The position numbers and the translations under genes are program-made. Below, in pieces: positions 8,501-18,906 of a stretch of DNA of 64,000 nt. The notes beneath the pieces are model-generated. The model ran no database searches and was not told the DNA's origin. It worked only from the letters and a program-made list of their open reading frames with translations. Numbering within the stretch: position 1 is the first letter of the stretch; the number at the start of each line of letters is the position of its first letter. Origin of the DNA: a virus; the IMG/VR virus record IMGVR_UViG_3300021425_000031, positions 2,584-66,583 of that record; one strand, written 5' to 3'.

Positions 8501-11500
8501 GGAATAGTCGGTTTATCGACATTAAATAGTTATCAGATATTAAAGGTAGATTCTGATAAATTTAGACTTTGTAACGCTGGTCTTGGAGGAACAAATCAAA
8601 CAAATTATCAAGTAGGTAATTATGTAAAGTTTTCAACCACTGGTTCCGGATATCAAATTTTTAGTTATCCTGATATTGTTTTATCAGTTGATTATACTTC
8701 TGTTGGTTTGGGAAGTACTCAAGTTAAGGGATCTATTGTTGCAACTCCAATAATTAGAGGTGAAATTGACCAAGTTTATGTTTATGAGAAAGGCTCAGAT
8801 TATGGTTCATTAGTTTTAAATAATCACCAAAGACCACAAATTATTCTTAAGAATGGAAAAGATTCACAATTTAAACCATTAATTCAAAATGGTAGAATTG
8901 TTGGTGTAACTATCTTATACGGTGGGCAAGATTATTACTCTACTCCAGATTTAATTGTATCTGGCAGTGGTATTGGTGCAAATCTTAGACCTGTAGTTTC
9001 TAGTAATAAAATTGTAGATGTGATTGTTGTTAATTCTGGTGCAGGTTACAGTAGCACAGATACAGTTATTCGTGTTATTCCTGCAGGTAAAAATGCAGTC
9101 TTTGAATCTAACGTAAGATCTCTAACACTCAATAATTCATATAAGTATGGTATTCAAAATGAGAATTATAGAGATCCTGCAACAGAAATATTGATTGGGA
9201 CTGAAAATAATCTAGAATATGCAGTTGTTGGATATTCTGAATCTCTAAAGAATAATCTAAAAGATTCTGGCGGTAATACTACACACTCCGATATTATTGG
9301 TTGGGCATACGATGGAAACCCAATTTATGGTTCTTACGGATATTCAGATCCAAATAATACTGGAAATATTAAAAAATTAGAACCTGGATATTCTCTGGCA
9401 ACTATCGAAAATAGACCATCTACTTCTATTTTCCCTACAGGATACTTTGTTGAAGATTATGTGTTTACTGATAGTGGGGATTTAGACCAATATAATGGCA
9501 GATTCGGAAAAACTAAAGATTTTCCAGAAGGTGTCTATGCATACTTTGCAACAGTTGAGGATAATATTCAAAGTCAGTCTGTCGGTAAGTTTCCATATTT
9601 TATTGGAAACGAATATAGGTCTCCATATCTTAAAGAAAATCTTTCATTAAATCAATCATTTGATTTCAATAATTCTTCTTTAATTAGAAATACTCTTCCA
9701 TATAAGGTAAATGATGAATATGCTGATAACGATTTTATTGTAGAATCAAATGAAGTTATAGAGCAAAAAACTCTAATCGAATCTGTTTCTTCAGGAAGCG
9801 TCTCTTCATTACAAATAGTTAACTCTGGATCCGACTATAAAGTTGGGGATGAAATATTATTTGATGAAACTGGGACAGAAGGTGGTGGAATATATGCAAA
9901 AGTATCTAAGGTAAAAGGAAAGCAAATTAATCAAATTGATACTAATATAGAATCTTATGCAGATTCGGTCATAACTTGGGAAAATGGCAATACTGTAAGA
10001 GTTCAAGTATTTCCATACCACGAATTTTTGAGTGGAGACAATATCAATATATCGGGATTATCTACACAAGTTTCCAATTTAAATGGATCTTATAAAATAG
10101 GTCTTATAACTTATTCGACAATACTAGATAAAGAAATTCCCGCATATGCTTCCACAGGAATAGTTACAGATATTTATCTTTCTTCAATACCTGAAACTGT
10201 TTCTATTGGAAGTAGTTTTAAAATTGATGGGGAAATTTTCTCAATTCTAAACATTTATAACAACTTTGGTGTTGTAAAGGTAAGTAGAGATACAAGCGGA
10301 GGTATACACACTCAAACTACACCAGTATATTTTCTTTCAAATACATTTACTGTTAATAACTCTGGGGATTATTTTGAATCTAAGGTAAATGATAAAGTTT
10401 ATTATAATCCTACAAAGTCTGTAGGAATCGGTACTACTCCTGGTACAGGAATCAATGTAAATTATAATATTGGCATAACGACATATAGTACTTTTATACC
10501 AACTCAAAGTATTTTTATACCAAATCACCCATTTAAAACTGGACAGAAAGTAATCCTTAGAAAACCAAGTGGTGCTAACCCAATATCAGTTTCAAATACT
10601 TCTACCAGTGCTTCATTTAATATTTTAAGTGGAGATAGTGAAACTTTATATACGATTAATAAATCTAAAGACTATATTGGATTGGTAACTAGTATTGGAT
10701 TTACAACTAACACAAGTGGACTATTCTTTAGAAATACCAATTGGTCTGCAGCAAATGATAATTATCAGTATTCAATAGAATCTAATTTTGAGCAAATCAA
10801 AGTAGATATCAATAAAATAAACGCTGTTGTTTCTGTATCAACATCTCATCAACTGGAAATTGGTAATAGAGTATCTTTAAATGTAAAACCAAATTTATCG
10901 GTAGGTATAGGAACTTCAACTGCTATAAGAGTTAAGCGTAACTCGTTAATTGATAATATTATTATAAATCCCATTGGATTCAGTTCTTCAGGGATTAGTA
11001 CAGAAACTAATCAAATTACAATAAATTCTCATGGACTTAAAACTGGCGACAAAATTTTATATCAGTCAGAATCTATTCCATCTGGCATAGAAACTGGTAC
11101 TTATTATGTTTATAAAGTAGATGATAATACTATAAAATTGTCTGAAACTTACTTAGAATCTTCTAGTGCTTACCCATCTTTTGTAAACTTGATAACTACT
11201 GGAATTGGTGCTCAGGAAATTAGTTTAGTAACCCCACAAATTCAAATTGCAAAAAATAATAATTTAGTATTTGATTTATCAGATTCTTCACTTTCTGGTT
11301 ATGAATTAAAAATTTACTATGACAACAATTTCAAAAAAGAATTTGTCTCAGTTGCAACTACCAATTCTTTATCAGTTTCTGGTATTGGAACTGTAGGAGT
11401 ATCTGCAAATGCATCATTAACTTTAAACTATACTAATTCAGTTCCAGAAAAACTCTATTATAATTTAGAAAAGTCTGGATATATCAGCACTGCAGATACT

Positions 11501-14500
11501 GATGTTGTTAACTATTCTGAATTATCATTTTTTGATAGTGTTTATAATGGAAATTATACTGTAGTTAGTATTGGGGATACTACTTTTACTGTTTCTCTAA
11601 CAAATAGTCCAGAAAATCTAAATTACAAAAAAGAAGAATGTGATGTATTAGAGTATTCTTCAAACTCTACTTCAATAATTGGGGGAATTGGAGAAGTAAA
11701 TCTAATTTCCGGAGGGTATGGATATAAGTTACTTCCTAGATTTGTAGGATCCGATTCTGCATCTGGTGAGGGTGCGTATATCGTACCATCTTCGGATAAT
11801 ATTGGTAAGATAACTCAAAGTAGAATTATAAATGAAGGATTCGAATATGCTTCAGATAAAACTTTAAGACCAACAGCAACTATTCCACAATCAGTTTATA
11901 TTTCTTCATCAAATACTATTGATACTATCACAATTATAAATGGTGGGCAAAATTATACATCTGCTCCAGATTTAATACTGGTTAATTCTGATACAGGAGA
12001 ACTCATTGATTCTGGATTCTTAAAGGCAAATTTAACTGGGTCTTCTATCGGTGAAGTGGAAATTGAAGTAGAACCTAAGGGATTACCTATTAAACCAGTT
12101 ACAATTAGGGCAATTAATAATTCCAATTCAGTATCGATAGACAAGGTAGAGTCTTCTTCATCTGGAATAGTTACTTGTATTTTGACCACACCAATTGCAG
12201 GATTTACATCCGCACCTTTTGCAGTTGGGGATAGAATATTTGTTGAAGGAATTGAAAAAACAGATTCTTCTGGAGACGGATTCAACTCCGAAAATTATGG
12301 ATATAGATTTTTTACAGTAACAAATTATTTTGGATTAAATCCGGATAAACTTGAGTTTAGTGTTTCTGGATTAACAACTAATCCTGGAGTAGCAAAAACT
12401 ATTCAAGAATCATATGCATCTATCACAAATTATAAAAATTATCCTGAGTTTGAAGTTACTCAAAAGTTTTTACCATTCTCCGTTGGAGAATCTTTAGAAT
12501 CAGATAGTGGATTAGGATTCCAGTCGAGAGATTTGATTGTTACCGCGTGTGATGAAAATACAGTAAGAGTAACAGGAAATTATAAACTTTCTCCAAATGA
12601 AAGAATTAGAGGATTGCAATCTTTTAGTGAAGCAACATCTGATGTAGTTTCCACTACTGAAGGAATTTACAATATTGACTATTTTAATCTTCAAAATTTT
12701 GGATGGAGAGAGGAAACTGGCAAACTTAATAACGATTCTCAAGTAACACCCGATAATGACTACTATCAAAATCTTTCATATACAGTAAAAAGTAGTAAAA
12801 CTTGGGAAGAAATAGTAACACCAGTTAATAACTTGTTGCATACTAGCGGTACAAAGAACTTTGCAGATACACAACTATCTCAAAGTACACAGTCTGGTAT
12901 AGGAATTACCGAATCTACATTATCACTTGTTAATATGTTTATTAGTGATAACAGAGTTGATACTATTAATAATTTTGATCTTGTTTTTGATGTAGACATT
13001 TCAAACAATAGATCTAAATTTGTAAAATTTGATACTATTAAACTTGTAGATTATATCACATGTAAAACTAATAGAGTTTTAAAAATCGATGATGTTAGTT
13101 CACAATTTTCTAGTACAGATGATGTGAGAGAAAATGTATCTAATATACTTCCATTAAATTTTTCCAATGGATATAATAGATTTTTAATTCAGGTAAGAGG
13201 CATATTTGATCAAGAAACTCAATTTACTGAAATAGTTTCAATTAATAACTCTCAAGATATTTTTACATTAAACAAGGGAGAAATTTTTCTAGGAAACAAT
13301 GAGAAGTATGATCTATCATTGGCAGATATTAGAGGTTATGTTGATGAGTCCGGTAAATTTTATTTAAGGTTTGAACCAGAAGATCCATTTGATACTTCTT
13401 TTGAAATTAAAATATTGCAAGACACCTTTATAAGTAATTCCGAAAGTGGATCAACAGTAAGTTTAAATTGTATTGATTTAATATCACAAAACAAAACAGT
13501 CTATAGCGGAATAACTACAGATATTATAAAATTAGATTCAGGAAAATATTCTTCAATTTATTCAAATATTCATTTATTGAACAATGATGGTTCTAAAATG
13601 AATTATGTTGAGCTTTATTTGACTCATGATGGAACAAATACTTATATTTCAGAATATTACTTTGATAATGAAGATTCTGATAGTTATGAATCTATTGGAG
13701 AATTTAGTGCTTCATTAACTGGGGGAATGTTAACTCTAAATTACACAAATACAGAATTTGAAAACATAATATTAAAATCTAAGAATATTGGATTTGGAAC
13801 AACAGCACTTGGCGAAGATTTTTATAGATTTAAACTTCCCGGACAAATAAATGGAAATGAAAGAACGGTTGTTTTTGAATCAAACTATAATAATGTTTCT
13901 TCTGGATCAACAAGTGTGTTTATTTTAGATAAAAACTTATTTACATCAGTAAAATCTGTGGTGCGTATAGGGATGGGAGAAACTAGTGCCTTACATCAAG
14001 TTATGGTAGTCTATGATGGTTTGGATGTTTCTACTTTACAATATCCATTCTTGTCTATTGGAAGTACTAGTGGCATAGGTACTTTTGGAGCGCATGTTGA
14101 TTCAACAAATATTGTTCTCAATTTTTATCCTGATCCATCTATTAGTTCAGATATTGAAATAATTTCTTTTAATGAATGTTTTTATACTTTTGTAGATTAT
14201 ATAAATACGCCTCCAGACTTAGTTTATTCTCCATTAAAACAATCTGTAAAAACTTCATCATATTATGGATCTAATTCAGCACTTCTCAATAAATTAGATT
14301 TTGAAGCAAATTATGAAGGAAATCCAATATTTATGAGAACTTTTGATCCATCAGATTCAATTGACTTAGTTACCGGCATATGCACAATTCCAAATCATTT
14401 TTTCAATACTGGTGAAGAAATAATTTACAGTCCAAAATCTACTTTTATTGGAATTGGTGCTTCTGCTTTAGGCATAGGGGCAACTGAAAATTATGTTGGA

Positions 14501-17305
14501 GTAGTTACAACTATACTTCCAGAGGTTGTTTATGCAATTAGGGAAGATTCAAATTCATTGAGAATAGCGACTAAGAAAGAATATGCTGAACAAGGTATTG
14601 GAGTAACTTTCACTTCATTGGGTCTTGGCAATGCTCATGAATTGGAGATGTTTAAAAAGAATGAAAAATCTTTAATAACAATTAATAATTTAGTTCAATA
14701 TCCAATTTCATATTCTTATATAACCCACAATTTATCTGATAATGGTGGTCAGATTAGTGCTGCATCAACTATTTTTTCTTTAAGTGGTATTAGTTCCATT
14801 AACCCCTCAGACTTATTAAGAATTGATGATGAATATGTTAGGGTTGAAAATGTTGGATTTGGTACTACAAATTCGGGCCCAATAACATTTACTGGTAATG
14901 TTCCCTTAGTTGAAGTTAGAAGGGGATTTGTGGGGTCTAGTGCAGGAATACATACAGATTCTTCGCTTGTTAGGGTTTATAAAGGTTCTTACAACATTTC
15001 AGGCAATAAAATTTACTTTACACAACCACCAAGAGGAAATCAACTTGATTTAATTGGACCAGATATAAGTTCTCTCTCAAGAGAGAGGGCAACATTTACC
15101 GGTAGAGTTTTCTTAAGACAGGATTATACTACAAATCAACTATATGATAATATATCAGATCAATTTACTGGAATTGGTCAAACTTTTATATTAACTACAC
15201 AAGAAGTTAATTCTGTTGGATTGGGAACTAGTGGAGGAAATGGTATTGCTTTTATCAATGGAATTTTCCAATCACCAACCACTTCTAATAATTCGGGAAA
15301 CAACTACTTTATTGAAGAAGATATTACATCAGGAATAAGTAGTATTGTATTTACCGGAATCAGAACTGATGGAAATAATTATATTTCACAATATGATATC
15401 AATATGAATCAATTACCTCGTGGAGGTATTATTGTTTCTTTAGGATCTAGTTCTGGATTGGGGTATGCTCCTCTTGTAGGTGCTTCTGTAACTGCAGTAG
15501 TAGGTGCTGGAGGATCTATCGTTTCTGTTGGACTAAGTAATTTAGATATACTTGGATCTGGTTATAGGGGAAGTGTTTCTGTGGCAGTTACAGAGACAGG
15601 ACATACGGGAACTGCCGCAAGTCTTACTGTTTCTGTTGGTGCTGGAGGAACCCTTTCATTTGAAATTATTGACGGTGGAAATGGGTACTCAAATCCAATA
15701 ATTAATGTGTCTTCACCTTCCTATGAAAATTTACCCATTATTGGTGTTTCTCGTTTGGGTATAGGAACAACTACGGAAACTGGTGTTGGATTATTGTTAA
15801 ATGTAGAAGTTGGTGCAAGCTCTACTACAGGAATAGGATCAACATATTTTGAAGTAACTAATTTTAAAATTACAAGAAATGGATATGGTTTTAGAAGAGG
15901 TGATGTATTTAAACCTGTAGGACTAGTAACTGATTCAAGGTTAGCGTCTCCAATTAATGAGTTTGAATTAACCGTTCTTGACACCTTTAGTGATTCATTT
16001 GCTGCTTGGCAATTTGGTGAATTAGACTACATTGATTCTATTAAAAATTATCAGGATGGTATAAGAAATAGATTCCCACTATTTTATAATTCAGAACTGT
16101 TAAGTTTTGAGGTTGATAGTGAGATATCTGATTCTCAATTGATAGATTTGGATTCAGTCTTAGTAATATTTACTAATGGAGTATTACAAGAACCTGGAAA
16201 TTCTTATCAATTTAGTGGAGGATCTTCATTTACATTTTCTGTTGCCCCCAAACCTGAAGATGATATTGCAATATTCTTTTATAGGGGAACTAGAGGACAA
16301 GATACTATAGATGGTGATATTATAGAAACTATTAAAGTTGGTGATGATATACAGATATTCAGCAATAATAATATTTTTAATACAATTACTCAAAATAATA
16401 GAACTGTATACGATATTACTGGTTCTGATAAAATAGAAACTAATTTATATAATCAGCAAGGTGTTGATGTACAAAACAAAAAACCACTTTATTGGACAAA
16501 ACAAAAAGTTGATTTATTTGTTAATGGTGAAATTGTTTCAAAATCAAGAAATTCCATAGAATCCCAAATTTACCCAACATCAAATATAATAGGAAATTTG
16601 GATTTAAATGATACACAAATATTTGTTGATAATGCAGAATTATTTAATTATGAAGATCAAAATCCAATTAATTTTAGTGCTACTGTTTTTACTAATAACA
16701 TAGGTATAGGAACCACAAATTTTTCTACGCAATTTGAAGTTATATCTAATATTTCTAATATTAGTGGATTTAATGCTTCGGTGATAGGAATTAGAACTAC
16801 GGATGGAATCGGAATTGGAAATTCTTTGGCAATAGAATTTGAAATAAGAAATATTTCAAATAACAACCCACTAGATTTCTCAAATCTACAAGTTGGATAT
16901 CCTGTTTATATCTCAAATACTACTGTAGGAAGTGGTGTTACATCTATTGATACTTCAGATTCTGATATTGTTGCGATTAGCACATCAAATTTAAATAATG
17001 TATATAAAATTCATTCCTTTGATTCTGCAACAGGTATTATGACATGCAATATTGCATCCGACAGTTACGTAGTTGGAATTGCTACAACAGGAACTATTAA
17101 CTATCCTGTGGGTAGAATGAGTTGGGGTAGATTATCTGGATTTACCAGATCTTCATCACCAATTTCAATCACAGTTGATGGATATGTATCGAGTGTGGGT
17201 ATAAGTAGTGAAAGTTATAATGTAGGATTATCAACTTATCCAGTTATTCAAAGAAGGAACTTTGGATTGAGAAGCAATGGGTCTCTTTCCATTAGTTTGC
17301 TATAA
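5555..17305 (+). CDS. gp7: giant baseplate wedge initiator gp7-like protein (3916 aa)
   Basis: Lies between gp6 and gp8. N-terminal QLPEFI/FLKQYY, Y.SKGT..SF.ILF..LFG and D.DYYQ.LSY..KS motifs, a YHYH-like segment (IIGWAYDGNPIYG...DLDQYNGRF) and repeated GxGY modules. Confidence 0.85.
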   Translation: MVQNGFESRVKVQQIIDSQLPEFILDESSKASEFLKQYYISQEYQGGPTDIVENLDQYINLDSLIPEVIIGSVVLENNITTTSTTIEVESTKGFPSQYGLLKIDDEIITYTGSTETSFTGCIRGFSGITNYHKDLQYEELVFSESSAAAHTSGATIQNLSSLFLQEFYKKIKFSLTPGLESVDFTENLNVGNFIKEARSLYESKGTNESFRILFNVLFGETPSVVDLERFLIKPSDASFIRRDVAVVDVISGDPTRLKGQTIYKSTDENTSASVSEVEAITRKGKTYYKLNFFVGYDDSYPNVTGTFSITPNTKVVENVTLDSTNSGVITVDSTVGFRESGFVFYNGNQIFYTEKTINQFLGCYVNSNQSININKKSSLASDETYYGYENGDTSKKVEFIITGVLSNIIIDSNSYSFLEGEEIYPQNLGQIIEKGSSTKQIFANSWIYNTSSRYQLDSFASNTITTKSTIDNTSLSVGDKIEILRRNTESVVTTFDDVNVLSISNNTITIDKNTSGLNSLDKYDIRRKVKKVSSSLVPIQFGNDKITSDVQNVYSENSKDLYVSSNSLPSYPLQTNVFEYTVIGLLEKSENENYSVIDFGINQVVSFITGDRVYYYPDETGLIEGLEERDYYVEVLKNDDVDVSNRRIRLYLSNPSIGSDDYVSFGKLSNGVVTGTHKFVLYSQRSKLISPQKLLKKFSIEQTIGNNKIYETIPGPIGLLKNGVEIYNYKTNDKIYYGPLETVNVLSGGSGYDVINPPSLTLSSGSALIQPVVKGSVEKIFVDPQDFDIDIVVSITLTGGNGFGASFEPVIEKFVREIEFDARPISSGGGLDSINERIAFTKNHNLTNGQPIIYNSNNSSAIGIGTFGGSELDQSKTLLNGSTYYPKVINDRTIEIYESFSDYASGINTVGFTTIGNSGIQKFKTNLTNRLTGIKVIDGGSDYSNRKLRVKPVGISTYTHTVEFKNHGFSDGEIVTYTYETNGIVGLSTLNSYQILKVDSDKFRLCNAGLGGTNQTNYQVGNYVKFSTTGSGYQIFSYPDIVLSVDYTSVGLGSTQVKGSIVATPIIRGEIDQVYVYEKGSDYGSLVLNNHQRPQIILKNGKDSQFKPLIQNGRIVGVTILYGGQDYYSTPDLIVSGSGIGANLRPVVSSNKIVDVIVVNSGAGYSSTDTVIRVIPAGKNAVFESNVRSLTLNNSYKYGIQNENYRDPATEILIGTENNLEYAVVGYSESLKNNLKDSGGNTTHSDIIGWAYDGNPIYGSYGYSDPNNTGNIKKLEPGYSLATIENRPSTSIFPTGYFVEDYVFTDSGDLDQYNGRFGKTKDFPEGVYAYFATVEDNIQSQSVGKFPYFIGNEYRSPYLKENLSLNQSFDFNNSSLIRNTLPYKVNDEYADNDFIVESNEVIEQKTLIESVSSGSVSSLQIVNSGSDYKVGDEILFDETGTEGGGIYAKVSKVKGKQINQIDTNIESYADSVITWENGNTVRVQVFPYHEFLSGDNINISGLSTQVSNLNGSYKIGLITYSTILDKEIPAYASTGIVTDIYLSSIPETVSIGSSFKIDGEIFSILNIYNNFGVVKVSRDTSGGIHTQTTPVYFLSNTFTVNNSGDYFESKVNDKVYYNPTKSVGIGTTPGTGINVNYNIGITTYSTFIPTQSIFIPNHPFKTGQKVILRKPSGANPISVSNTSTSASFNILSGDSETLYTINKSKDYIGLVTSIGFTTNTSGLFFRNTNWSAANDNYQYSIESNFEQIKVDINKINAVVSVSTSHQLEIGNRVSLNVKPNLSVGIGTSTAIRVKRNSLIDNIIINPIGFSSSGISTETNQITINSHGLKTGDKILYQSESIPSGIETGTYYVYKVDDNTIKLSETYLESSSAYPSFVNLITTGIGAQEISLVTPQIQIAKNNNLVFDLSDSSLSGYELKIYYDNNFKKEFVSVATTNSLSVSGIGTVGVSANASLTLNYTNSVPEKLYYNLEKSGYISTADTDVVNYSELSFFDSVYNGNYTVVSIGDTTFTVSLTNSPENLNYKKEECDVLEYSSNSTSIIGGIGEVNLISGGYGYKLLPRFVGSDSASGEGAYIVPSSDNIGKITQSRIINEGFEYASDKTLRPTATIPQSVYISSSNTIDTITIINGGQNYTSAPDLILVNSDTGELIDSGFLKANLTGSSIGEVEIEVEPKGLPIKPVTIRAINNSNSVSIDKVESSSSGIVTCILTTPIAGFTSAPFAVGDRIFVEGIEKTDSSGDGFNSENYGYRFFTVTNYFGLNPDKLEFSVSGLTTNPGVAKTIQESYASITNYKNYPEFEVTQKFLPFSVGESLESDSGLGFQSRDLIVTACDENTVRVTGNYKLSPNERIRGLQSFSEATSDVVSTTEGIYNIDYFNLQNFGWREETGKLNNDSQVTPDNDYYQNLSYTVKSSKTWEEIVTPVNNLLHTSGTKNFADTQLSQSTQSGIGITESTLSLVNMFISDNRVDTINNFDLVFDVDISNNRSKFVKFDTIKLVDYITCKTNRVLKIDDVSSQFSSTDDVRENVSNILPLNFSNGYNRFLIQVRGIFDQETQFTEIVSINNSQDIFTLNKGEIFLGNNEKYDLSLADIRGYVDESGKFYLRFEPEDPFDTSFEIKILQDTFISNSESGSTVSLNCIDLISQNKTVYSGITTDIIKLDSGKYSSIYSNIHLLNNDGSKMNYVELYLTHDGTNTYISEYYFDNEDSDSYESIGEFSASLTGGMLTLNYTNTEFENIILKSKNIGFGTTALGEDFYRFKLPGQINGNERTVVFESNYNNVSSGSTSVFILDKNLFTSVKSVVRIGMGETSALHQVMVVYDGLDVSTLQYPFLSIGSTSGIGTFGAHVDSTNIVLNFYPDPSISSDIEIISFNECFYTFVDYINTPPDLVYSPLKQSVKTSSYYGSNSALLNKLDFEANYEGNPIFMRTFDPSDSIDLVTGICTIPNHFFNTGEEIIYSPKSTFIGIGASALGIGATENYVGVVTTILPEVVYAIREDSNSLRIATKKEYAEQGIGVTFTSLGLGNAHELEMFKKNEKSLITINNLVQYPISYSYITHNLSDNGGQISAASTIFSLSGISSINPSDLLRIDDEYVRVENVGFGTTNSGPITFTGNVPLVEVRRGFVGSSAGIHTDSSLVRVYKGSYNISGNKIYFTQPPRGNQLDLIGPDISSLSRERATFTGRVFLRQDYTTNQLYDNISDQFTGIGQTFILTTQEVNSVGLGTSGGNGIAFINGIFQSPTTSNNSGNNYFIEEDITSGISSIVFTGIRTDGNNYISQYDINMNQLPRGGIIVSLGSSSGLGYAPLVGASVTAVVGAGGSIVSVGLSNLDILGSGYRGSVSVAVTETGHTGTAASLTVSVGAGGTLSFEIIDGGNGYSNPIINVSSPSYENLPIIGVSRLGIGTTTETGVGLLLNVEVGASSTTGIGSTYFEVTNFKITRNGYGFRRGDVFKPVGLVTDSRLASPINEFELTVLDTFSDSFAAWQFGELDYIDSIKNYQDGIRNRFPLFYNSELLSFEVDSEISDSQLIDLDSVLVIFTNGVLQEPGNSYQFSGGSSFTFSVAPKPEDDIAIFFYRGTRGQDTIDGDIIETIKVGDDIQIFSNNNIFNTITQNNRTVYDITGSDKIETNLYNQQGVDVQNKKPLYWTKQKVDLFVNGEIVSKSRNSIESQIYPTSNIIGNLDLNDTQIFVDNAELFNYEDQNPINFSATVFTNNIGIGTTNFSTQFEVISNISNISGFNASVIGIRTTDGIGIGNSLAIEFEIRNISNNNPLDFSNLQVGYPVYISNTTVGSGVTSIDTSDSDIVAISTSNLNNVYKIHSFDSATGIMTCNIASDSYVVGIATTGTINYPVGRMSWGRLSGFTRSSSPISITVDGYVSSVGISSESYNVGLSTYPVIQRRNFGLRSNGSLSISLL

Positions 17306-17310
17306 CTTCA

Positions 17311-17318
17311 TATAAATA
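17311..17318 (+). promoter_or_regulatory. T4-type late promoter (gp55)
   Basis: TATAAATA 20 nt before the gp8 ATG. Confidence 0.75.
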
Positions 17319-17337
17319 TATAAAAACATCGATATAA

Positions 17338-18903
17338 ATGTCTGCACTTGTAACAGATCAATTTAGAATTTTAAACACCAGTAATTTTATAGAGTCTGTA
17401 AATGATACTACCGATTCTTATTATGTTTGGGTTGGTCTACCAAATCCAAACATATACACAGGATTTGGTAGAAATATAAATTGGGATGGTGGTGATGGAG
17501 TAACTGAAAATATTGTTCCAAATCCCATAGATAATTTAGATTATGTACCACATTATGAAAGTACAATTCTTTTTGGAAAAAAAATAACATCTTCAAACAT
17601 AAGAAGAGTTATAAAAAGAGTAGATTGGGTAAGAGGGAAAAAATATGATATGTATAGACATGACTATAGTATTACAAATCTTAGTCCTATAGCAAAAAGG
17701 GCAAGACTATATGATTCGGAATATTATGTAATCAATAGTGACTATAAAGTTTATATTTGTATTCAAAATGGATCTAGTGGTATCAATACAACTGGAAATC
17801 AGTCATTATATGAACCAACACACACCGATTTAGAACCTACCATTGCAGGTACTGGTGATGGATACTTGTGGAAATATTTGTACACAGTTTCTCCTGCGGA
17901 TATTGTAAAATTTGATTCTACGGAATATGTCACATTACCAAATGATTGGAGCACATCTACAGATCCACAGATTGTTTCTGTGAGAGAAAATGGAGATTCT
18001 ACAATAAATGATAATCAAATAAAAACAATTTATATTGATAATCCCGGAAGTAATTATCAAAATTCTGCAGAAGTTGATATTTTAGGTGATGGAATTGGTG
18101 GTAGAGCATATGTTGAAGTAAATGCAAATGGTGAGATAATTAATGTTAATGTTACTTCTGGCGGTAAAGATTATACTTATGGTATTGTCGATTTGGGATC
18201 TTTACAACCAGGTGGGAATATTTCAAATCCAGCAAAATTAATTCCCATAATTCCACCATCTAGAGGTCATGGTTATGATTTATATAAAGAACTCGGCGCA
18301 GACCGAGTAATGATTTATAGTAGATTTGATGATTCTTCTAGAGATTTTCCAATCAACACCAAGTTTTGTCAGATAGGAATATTAAAAAATCCCAGTAGAT
18401 TCATATCGACAGAGACCTTTACAAACTCCGAATTTTCTGGTCTTTATGCAATTAATTTTTCCTCTGTAAATGATACTCTTCCAATTATAGGTGAGAAAAT
18501 TATACAGACTAATACTGGAGCAGTAGGATATGTTGCATCATATGATTCTGATACTAAAATATTAAAATATTTTAAAGACAGATCTTTGCATTATGGCCCA
18601 ACATATGATCAAACAGATTATGTTGGAGTTTCTACAGGAGGAAATGCAAATATTGATTTTAGCAATGCTGGAGGGAACATAATTGGTCAAAATAGTTCAT
18701 TTGTTGGACAAATTTCATCCTTTAGTGGAATAACTACAACAGTAAACAATTCAATCATAAATTTAGGAGTTACATTTACAAATGGACTTGCAAATCCTGA
18801 GATAAATAAAAAGACGGGAGATATAATTTATATTGATAATAGACCCCTCGTTTCCCGCAATATTAGGCAAAAAGAAGACATTAAAATTATCCTGGAATTT
18901 TAA
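17338..18903 (+). CDS. gp8: baseplate wedge subunit gp8
   Basis: YDMYRHDYS, VYICI.NG, DGYLWKYLY; C-terminal GDIIYIDNR...RQKEDIKIILEF. Confidence 0.92.
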   Translation: MSALVTDQFRILNTSNFIESVNDTTDSYYVWVGLPNPNIYTGFGRNINWDGGDGVTENIVPNPIDNLDYVPHYESTILFGKKITSSNIRRVIKRVDWVRGKKYDMYRHDYSITNLSPIAKRARLYDSEYYVINSDYKVYICIQNGSSGINTTGNQSLYEPTHTDLEPTIAGTGDGYLWKYLYTVSPADIVKFDSTEYVTLPNDWSTSTDPQIVSVRENGDSTINDNQIKTIYIDNPGSNYQNSAEVDILGDGIGGRAYVEVNANGEIINVNVTSGGKDYTYGIVDLGSLQPGGNISNPAKLIPIIPPSRGHGYDLYKELGADRVMIYSRFDDSSRDFPINTKFCQIGILKNPSRFISTETFTNSEFSGLYAINFSSVNDTLPIIGEKIIQTNTGAVGYVASYDSDTKILKYFKDRSLHYGPTYDQTDYVGVSTGGNANIDFSNAGGNIIGQNSSFVGQISSFSGITTTVNNSIINLGVTFTNGLANPEINKKTGDIIYIDNRPLVSRNIRQKEDIKIILEF

Positions 18904-18906
18904 GAA

